DNA of 64,000 nt from Candidatus Tayloriibacteriota bacterium (GTDB lineage: Bacteria; Patescibacteriota; Minisyncoccia; Phycocordibacterales; PALSA-1337). The translations under genes and the position numbers were made by a program. A model generated the notes under the pieces. The model was not told where the DNA came from and searched no databases. It saw nothing but the letters and a program-made list of their open reading frames with translations. Below, piece after piece: positions 58,102 through 64,000 of this stretch (the stretch's first letter is position 1; every line of letters starts with the position of its first letter). The stretch covers positions 67,795-131,794 of the forward strand of contig PLXZ01000001.1 of assembly GCA_003151615.1 (NCBI GenBank). Direction: 5' to 3'.

Positions 58102-59403
58102 TTATATCGCGTTCAGATCAAAGGACCACAACGAAAGGTCTTTTTTGTTTACGAAATAGATGAAATTTTCAGTAGGGCTGAGCTCTAAATTTTCGGCGTC
58201 TATCGACTGTCTGGCGGTTTTTGTCAGGTCCACCAATTCATGGACATCACCTGTTATTGTGTCTATTTCCCATATTGAATCGCTGAATGAAACAGTTCCC
58301 TGGTACCAGGCGTCCGGATAGTTTGCGGCAGGTATGCTCGAAGGAATTGCGCAATACAAGTCGTTTGTCTGAAGCCTGCTCCAGAAGCATTTTTCGGCAA
58401 GGGTATCGAAAGGAAGATCCTGGCTCTGTCCGGTTGCAAGATTGTAGACGGATGTCGTCATTCCATTGCCTGCCGGATTGGTATGCGAGTACAAAACTTT
58501 GGACGCATCGTTGTTGGTCAGCGTCGCCAATCCGTTAACGCCGCCGATAATTTTATTGAACGTGCCGGTTTTCGGATTTATGAAATAGAGGAAACCTGTC
58601 CCAAAAGCCGTTCCCTTTGTGGTGAGAGTTATCATGTTAGCGTTCGGCCATTGTACATTGAGCTGTTGCAGTGGCGTATTGAATATTTGGGTCTTTTTGG
58701 TACCGTCGAAATTCGATACATAACCAGTCGCTCCGCCACTTCCGTCCTTGACGAGGGTAAATACCTGATTTCCCGTTTTTCCGGATACCGGAGATATTGC
58801 CATTGCCAATGTTCCAGACGGAAGAGGCGAACCTGTAAGCGAGTACGGAGTCAATTGGGCTGTTGAAGAGCTTGTGGAGGCGGTTACAGGAGAAGCAGGG
58901 CTTAAGGTCGCGTAGAAGCTCGTCACAGCGTCGCTGTTTTCGGTGAGTGATTGGAAGATGAAGGCTGTTGCCGGAATGTTCCAGTACGATTCGTATATCA
59001 TTGGTATTGTCGTATTGGAAATTTCTTCTATTGCCGTGTCGTCGCCATATGCCTGGTATATGTGGCCGGTTCCGCGGTCTATCCAACGCAGGATTGTCGT
59101 GCTCGCAGTTGTCGAAGACATCATGCCGCCTACGGGCATTGCGGAAAGTTCCCGTAGGGCCGGAACGGCCAATGCCGTCGGAGCTGTTGATCTCGTGTTT
59201 GTCGAAGAAGCCGATGTTTTGCCGCCACTATTTGATTGACCCGTTTGTCCAAACGACGCAAATATGCCGTTGCCGGAACTTCCATTGCTTCCGGACCCTG
59301 TATTTACGGACAAAGACGGGACTCTCACAAAAAACCAATAATATCCGCCGCCAAGAGCGATCAGAATGATGAGTACTATTAATGTGAAGGTTTTCTTGGA
59401 CAT
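58102..59403 (-). CDS. secreted/membrane-anchored protein 433 aa, Ser/Thr-rich linker then beta-rich domain
   Basis: N-terminal TM after start MSKKTF (59403); last gene of - strand T4SS-like operon. Confidence 0.45.
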   Translation of the reverse strand: MSKKTFTLIVLIILIALGGGYYWFFVRVPSLSVNTGSGSNGSSGNGIFASFGQTGQSNSGGKTSASSTNTRSTAPTALAVPALRELSAMPVGGMMSSTTASTTILRWIDRGTGHIYQAYGDDTAIEEISNTTIPMIYESYWNIPATAFIFQSLTENSDAVTSFYATLSPASPVTASTSSSTAQLTPYSLTGSPLPSGTLAMAISPVSGKTGNQVFTLVKDGSGGATGYVSNFDGTKKTQIFNTPLQQLNVQWPNANMITLTTKGTAFGTGFLYFINPKTGTFNKIIGGVNGLATLTNNDASKVLYSHTNPAGNGMTTSVYNLATGQSQDLPFDTLAEKCFWSRLQTNDLYCAIPSSIPAANYPDAWYQGTVSFSDSIWEIDTITGDVHELVDLTKTARQSIDAENLELSPTENFIYFVNKKDLSLWSFDLNAI

Positions 59404-59407
59404 TTTA

Positions 59408-60706
59408 TTATTGAACCGGCGTTCCCCCGACTGCTTTAATGGCGTTTTGAAGGACGGTAATTCTGGCTTTATTGTCGGCGGCATATTGCGTTCCCAAAGT
59501 TGAAGTAGGGCTGAGCGTTCCGAGCGGTCCGGTAATGAGGCCGTTGCTGTTAGTTTGGTTGGGGATCGCGTTTGTTTTTAATGTTTTGATGAGGGCGTTC
59601 GCCGCGGCTATGTCATCGGTGGGATCTATATTTTTTACGGTATACCGATCTCTTATTAAATTATTCCCAACCACGTTGGTATTATAAGTATTAACGACAC
59701 TTGCTTCGCTGTACGCCATTTGGTCGGTGATTGCCTGTTTATCGGTTGCATCGCCGTTGGGTATCGTGGGCCATGTTTGTTCAAAAGCATTGTTTATTGT
59801 TTGTATTGCGGTCTGAGCGTCACTAACATTCGTGTCTCCCTCCGCAACAGTTGTACCGCTCAAGAATCCATAATTATAATTAACTGTTGTATTAAGAGCA
59901 TTCGCGGCATTAGCCATTTTACTTATTGCCGCCTGTGTATTCTGCGTGGCGATGGTTGTATCTACGGTATTTTGGTCATCCAGATATTGATTTTCCATAG
60001 CAAAGCAGTTTGGATCTCCCTGGGATATGTCATTCCCATTCGCATCTACGCAGCCGTCCGCATATAACTGACCGGCCAATGCGTTCATGTCTTGTTGCGC
60101 CGTTTGTCCCGCCGCTATCGCCGCGGCATTCGCGTCATTGGCTGAAAAGACTGCGGAATTACCGGCTAAATATTGTTGATTATTTAAAGCATTAATACTA
60201 TTTTGCACGCCTTGACTGGCCTTCACATTCAATTTCGGAACGGCGACTTTGCTTATGTTTACGAAGTTTGGATTTATGGTATAGAGGATGATATAGGATG
60301 CAAGAGCGAGAAGAAGGCCTTTGAGGGCGTCTTCAATTGTTTTTCGCGCGTCGCTTTTCCCCATTACCGCTTCCGTCGTCATATATTTGAATCCTCCGAA
60401 TATGGTCATAACCACCGAAAGAAAGACAGCCAAAGCAATGAGCAGTTTGAATAAATACAGAAGATAACCTTGTATGCCGATGCTTGTTATTTCACTGCTT
60501 CCGTTGGAGGTCGTGCACGTCGTCCCATTTTGGCCACTGGTAACTCCGACGCATGGTAAGGGAGTAAGCAATACGTACGAAACTGATTTTGGCGCTCCGA
60601 ACTCAGGAGTGCCTGATGCAACAGCTGTATCGGCAAATACTGCAACCGGAACAAGGACCGGCGAGAATGTGAGTGCGAGTATTAATGTATAAAAGATTTT
60701 TTTCAT
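59408..60706 (-). CDS. TrbC/VirB2-type pilin-like protein with long Gln/Asn/Ala/Thr-rich C-terminal extension
   Basis: signal peptide; two adjacent hydrophobic helices LLYLFKLLIALAVFLSVVMTIFGGFKY / LLLALASYIILYTI. Confidence 0.45.
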   Translation of the reverse strand: MKKIFYTLILALTFSPVLVPVAVFADTAVASGTPEFGAPKSVSYVLLTPLPCVGVTSGQNGTTCTTSNGSSEITSIGIQGYLLYLFKLLIALAVFLSVVMTIFGGFKYMTTEAVMGKSDARKTIEDALKGLLLALASYIILYTINPNFVNISKVAVPKLNVKASQGVQNSINALNNQQYLAGNSAVFSANDANAAAIAAGQTAQQDMNALAGQLYADGCVDANGNDISQGDPNCFAMENQYLDDQNTVDTTIATQNTQAAISKMANAANALNTTVNYNYGFLSGTTVAEGDTNVSDAQTAIQTINNAFEQTWPTIPNGDATDKQAITDQMAYSEASVVNTYNTNVVGNNLIRDRYTVKNIDPTDDIAAANALIKTLKTNAIPNQTNSNGLITGPLGTLSPTSTLGTQYAADNKARITVLQNAIKAVGGTPVQ

Positions 60707-60712
60707 GAATAT

Positions 60713-61750
60713 TTAAAAGATGGCACTACTTGTCGTCGCGGCAGACTTGCTTGCAAATATGGCCGTAAATGATGATTCGGCCCCTTGCAAAATATCATTT
60801 CCGGTATTTTGCAAGCTCAGGTCGATATTTGAACTTCCCTGCTGGCCTCCGTTTACGCCCAACACGGCACTTCTGCTTCCCGACAAATTGCTCTGTGCCG
60901 CGCCGTTTATGCTCCAATTATAGACAAGCCCCTGAGCCGCAACATCGAATCCATAGGGTGCGGCGATAACTTTTGTCTGGTTATGAATGAGCCTCAACGT
61001 TCCGGTTATGGCGCTATTATACAGTACCCCGTAGAGAGGATCGTCCTGGTAAAAGAGGATTGATGGGGATCCCGGCTGCAGTTTAATTTGAGCTTCGGCA
61101 TGCGCCGATCCGTCAGCGGAAGACACTGTAACGTCAATTGTGAGCGGTTCGGCTATGACGGAACCTGTTACCGTGAGACGTTGTTTTCCGTATCCCGATT
61201 GGCTGCCCAAAACAAATGTATTTTTCTTCCACTGATATATGAGGTTTTTAGGATTGATCGGATTTCCGCTTCCGTCAACCAGTTGCGGCATTGCTATAAA
61301 GGTAACCGTATTTTGATACGCATATGGGGTCTTCCCTTCATATAAAGGAGGAACATATCCACTCGTTTCCCACACGATATCAACAGATCCTGAAGTCACA
61401 GAAATCAATTTTTGTATGTTTGCCCCTTCGACTGTGACTATGGTCGCCATAACCTGAAGGGTTTTTCCCGTTATCGGCGCCTGCACGGTTATCGATTCCA
61501 TTCCGACCCCGCTGGTCATTGTTTTTCCGTTGACGCTCCATGAAATGCTTGCGCCGCTCAAGTTTGTCGAGAAACTGTCGAGACTGACAGTCACATTTGA
61601 TCCTGGAGCAGGATTGGCGGGGCTTGAACTTATGTCAATTCCGTCGATTGAATTCGTGCCGATTGTCTGGGCAAAGGTCAATGGAGAGTGCGAGAAAGAA
61701 AAAATCCCGCAAAAGAAGATTAAAACACTTATGGAAATAGCCTTTTTCAT
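60713..61750 (-). CDS. secreted hypothetical protein 345 aa
   Basis: signal peptide MKKAISISVLIFFCGIFSFSHSPLTFA. Confidence 0.45.
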   Translation of the reverse strand: MKKAISISVLIFFCGIFSFSHSPLTFAQTIGTNSIDGIDISSSPANPAPGSNVTVSLDSFSTNLSGASISWSVNGKTMTSGVGMESITVQAPITGKTLQVMATIVTVEGANIQKLISVTSGSVDIVWETSGYVPPLYEGKTPYAYQNTVTFIAMPQLVDGSGNPINPKNLIYQWKKNTFVLGSQSGYGKQRLTVTGSVIAEPLTIDVTVSSADGSAHAEAQIKLQPGSPSILFYQDDPLYGVLYNSAITGTLRLIHNQTKVIAAPYGFDVAAQGLVYNWSINGAAQSNLSGSRSAVLGVNGGQQGSSNIDLSLQNTGNDILQGAESSFTAIFASKSAATTSSAIF

Positions 61751-61802
61751 TGGCTTTATTTTATCACACTTGTTTGGCAGTTTATATGCGGTTTATGCCC
61801 AT

Positions 61803-62288
61803 TTAAACGCTTGGCGGCCGTTTACTAACCCCGTTTTCCTTTATGTTGAGGGGTTTTTGTGCCGCATTTCCGGGAATTCGTATTTTTTGTCTGTTGATAT
61901 TTTGATGGAGCGGACCTTCCGGATCATATGCGAGATTCTCGGCATTATTTTTAGCCACGTATGAACCGCCCACGGCAATCCCTTGTTCCTCTTCTGATGG
62001 TGGGGCACCTCTTTGCGTGTACCAAACATCAAGCACCCACAAAGGTGCTGCAGCTGCCGTTACTTCCTCTCCAAAAAATGACATAAGAAGGGCGATCAGA
62101 GCTGACAGTGTGATTGCTCTTTTAAGCCAGTAAATCAGAGCCAAAACGATTCCGATAGCTATGTCAATGACTTCATTCGCTGCTTCGCCGTAGCCGGGAA
62201 CGAAATCAATGATTATTTGTAAGCCGTCAAAACAACCGGCGATAATTTTGAAAATTGTCCAGCCCTTTGGGGTAAGTGGTTTTCGCAT
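61803..62288 (-). CDS. membrane protein 161 aa
   Basis: hydrophobic helices; immediately downstream of VirB4-like gene. Confidence 0.4.
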   Translation of the reverse strand: MRKPLTPKGWTIFKIIAGCFDGLQIIIDFVPGYGEAANEVIDIAIGIVLALIYWLKRAITLSALIALLMSFFGEEVTAAAAPLWVLDVWYTQRGAPPSEEEQGIAVGGSYVAKNNAENLAYDPEGPLHQNINRQKIRIPGNAAQKPLNIKENGVSKRPPSV

Positions 62289-62299
62289 GATAGTTAAGT

Positions 62300-64000
62300 C
62301 TACTTGGAAGCAGCCGCCGCTGTAGCCTGTGCGGAATTGTTCATCTCCAAATCCATTTTTGATTTTTTCATGGCCAAAAGTTGTGCGGGATTTGTCGTGA
62401 CGATCTGGTCCTCGGTGTATGAGGCAATAATTTTTATGGCCACGTGTTTGAGTCCAACGAAGAATATGCCTTCACCAACACCGGATTCAAGCAGGAGATA
62501 TTTTTCCTCGTCCGTGAGGTTGAATGTTTTCTGAATTTTGTCCATCGACGTCGGCGACTGTCGCATGAGCATCTGGATCGAAGAGTTGGTGATGATCGGC
62601 ATTCCGTACGGAGAGCTGAGGAAGTCGTCCACGTCCTGCGTGATTGTTGCAAGACCAAGATAGTATTTTCGGCCTCGTTTCGCCAAACTGAGAAGGAACG
62701 AAGCCGTATCTTCGGATTTCATCATCCACCATGCCTCGTCGATGACGAGCAGGCGTTTCTTTAATTCGCGGCGCACGGCATTCCATATATAGTGCGTGAC
62801 GATATACATTGCCACCGGCTTCAATTCGTCTTCCATGTCGCGGATTGAGAAAACAACCATCTTTTTATTGATGTCCACGTTTGTAGGTCTGTTTATGAAT
62901 CCTGCCCACGTTCCCTTTGTATATTTTGTCAGACGTTCAACCAGAGATTCTGCGCCTTCCATGCCGGCTAGTACCAGTTCAAAATCCGAAAGAAGTGGTG
63001 GGTCCACGTTTTTGAAATCAGATTCAGCTGTAATATCCTTCAATGCATATGTTTCCGTGATTGCGCGGTCGACGATTGCGTCTTCTTCCTGGGTCAGTCC
63101 GCCGAACATAATGCGGAACAAGCCGACAAGGTTAATGATGTTTGAACGGAGAATATCCGCGGAAGATTCGTCTTCGCGTGCAATCGGCAAATCAAAAGGG
63201 TTGATGTGGTTTTCAGAGTTTAGGGAAATGTTGAATGATTTTCCGCCCACAGCCTCAGCCATGTATTCATATTCACGTTCAGGATCGATGACGAGTACGT
63301 CGGTATCGAACATGAGTGTTCGCAGGATTTCCAGTTTCGTCGCGTAGGATTTTCCGGAGCCGGATTTCGCGAATGTCACGGAATTGTAGTTTTCGAGCAA
63401 AAATCGGTCAAAAAGTACAAGCGACGAATTATGCCTGTTGATTCCGTACAAAATCCCTTTGTCTGAAGTGAGATCGAACGATACGAACGGAAAAAGTGAA
63501 GAGAGCGGTGACGAATTGAGCTTCGAATGAACCATCAATTTGTCGTCACCTATCGGCAGAACGCTCTTGTAGCCGTCTTCCTGTTGGAACAGCGCAGGTT
63601 TTACATACACCAGTTTTGATTCCAGAATAGATTTGATTTCTGATTCCGTTTTGTCGAGTTCAGCGTCGCTGTCGCCATAAATTGTCAGGTATACGCCCAC
63701 GTCGAATATTTTTTCCTGAGCCTGCATCAGGCTGTCGCGGAGGGATTCCAAATCCTGGTACGCGGTATCGAGCATCGGGTCGCGGACGAGGCCTTTTTCT
63801 TCGCGCTGGTTAATCTGGCTCTGCACTTCGGCCACTTTCTTCTGGAAATGATGGAGGATTTTTGCCGTGTCGACCGGATGGATGAAAATCGAAATATTGA
63901 AAATCTTGTCGAGGTTGATGATTGGAGCAAACCACGAATCGGTCAAAAATCGCGGGTATGAAATGACGAAGAATGTACGTGCCACTTTTTCTCCCAAATT
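62300..64000 (-). CDS. VirB4/TrbE/CagE-family T4SS ATPase, C-terminal about 565 aa (N-terminus beyond window end)
   Basis: Walker A FAKSGSGKSYATK, Walker B LLVIDEAWWMM, ORF open to window edge. Confidence 0.8.
   Translation of the reverse strand, partial: NLGEKVARTFFVISYPRFLTDSWFAPIINLDKIFNISIFIHPVDTAKILHHFQKKVAEVQSQINQREEKGLVRDPMLDTAYQDLESLRDSLMQAQEKIFDVGVYLTIYGDSDAELDKTESEIKSILESKLVYVKPALFQQEDGYKSVLPIGDDKLMVHSKLNSSPLSSLFPFVSFDLTSDKGILYGINRHNSSLVLFDRFLLENYNSVTFAKSGSGKSYATKLEILRTLMFDTDVLVIDPEREYEYMAEAVGGKSFNISLNSENHINPFDLPIAREDESSADILRSNIINLVGLFRIMFGGLTQEEDAIVDRAITETYALKDITAESDFKNVDPPLLSDFELVLAGMEGAESLVERLTKYTKGTWAGFINRPTNVDINKKMVVFSIRDMEDELKPVAMYIVTHYIWNAVRRELKKRLLVIDEAWWMMKSEDTASFLLSLAKRGRKYYLGLATITQDVDDFLSSPYGMPIITNSSIQMLMRQSPTSMDKIQKTFNLTDEEKYLLLESGVGEGIFFVGLKHVAIKIIASYTEDQIVTTNPAQLLAMKKSKMDLEMNNSAQATAAAASK

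Overview
This 64-kb window comes from a small, streamlined bacterial chromosome and spans the replication origin (rpmH-rnpA-yidC on the + strand, dnaA-dnaN on the - strand, with DnaA-box clusters on both sides of dnaA). Many short secreted or membrane proteins, a minimal YidC, and a type IV pilus plus T4SS-like genes suggest a CPR/Patescibacteria-like organism; that call is inference. The genetic code looks standard (TGA/TAG/TAA all end long ORFs).

Core genes recognised: rpsT, ruvA, a Mur ligase, mutM, a SpoU methylase, a ZIP transporter, holA-like, polA, tsaE, a PilB/GspE ATPase, ruvB, yebC, ruvC, tyrS, PBP1A, dnaN, dnaA, rpmH, rnpA and yidC.

Accessory content:
- tRNA-Arg (2977-3048) followed by a metal-homeostasis cluster (ParA/MinD-type ATPase, Fur-family regulator, YibE/F membrane protein).
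- A complete diversity-generating retroelement (6474-9225): 119-bp TR/VR pair with strictly adenine-specific differences, a target gene ending in the VR, an Avd-like gene, and a DGR-type reverse transcriptase split by a (GA)13 tract.
- A phage-like island bounded by a serine recombinase (11080-19296). It carries a 5-gene - strand operon (ParB-MTase, MTase, TerS-like HTH, two hypothetical proteins) and a truncated Mod-like MTase with two hypothetical proteins.
- A roughly 430-nt structured non-coding region ending in a strong intrinsic terminator (20130-20558).
- A tRNA-Lys-integrated element (26838 to about 38123) with a large serine recombinase, a zinc-finger primase/AAA_25 helicase, a winged-helix regulator, a secreted trypsin-like protease with paralogous N-domains, and DinD.
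- A VirB4/TrbC-pilin T4SS-like operon at the right edge.

No CRISPR array was seen. The best-supported unusual system is the DGR with a repeat-interrupted RT and an oppositely oriented avd. The island operons are candidates for uncharacterised functions.
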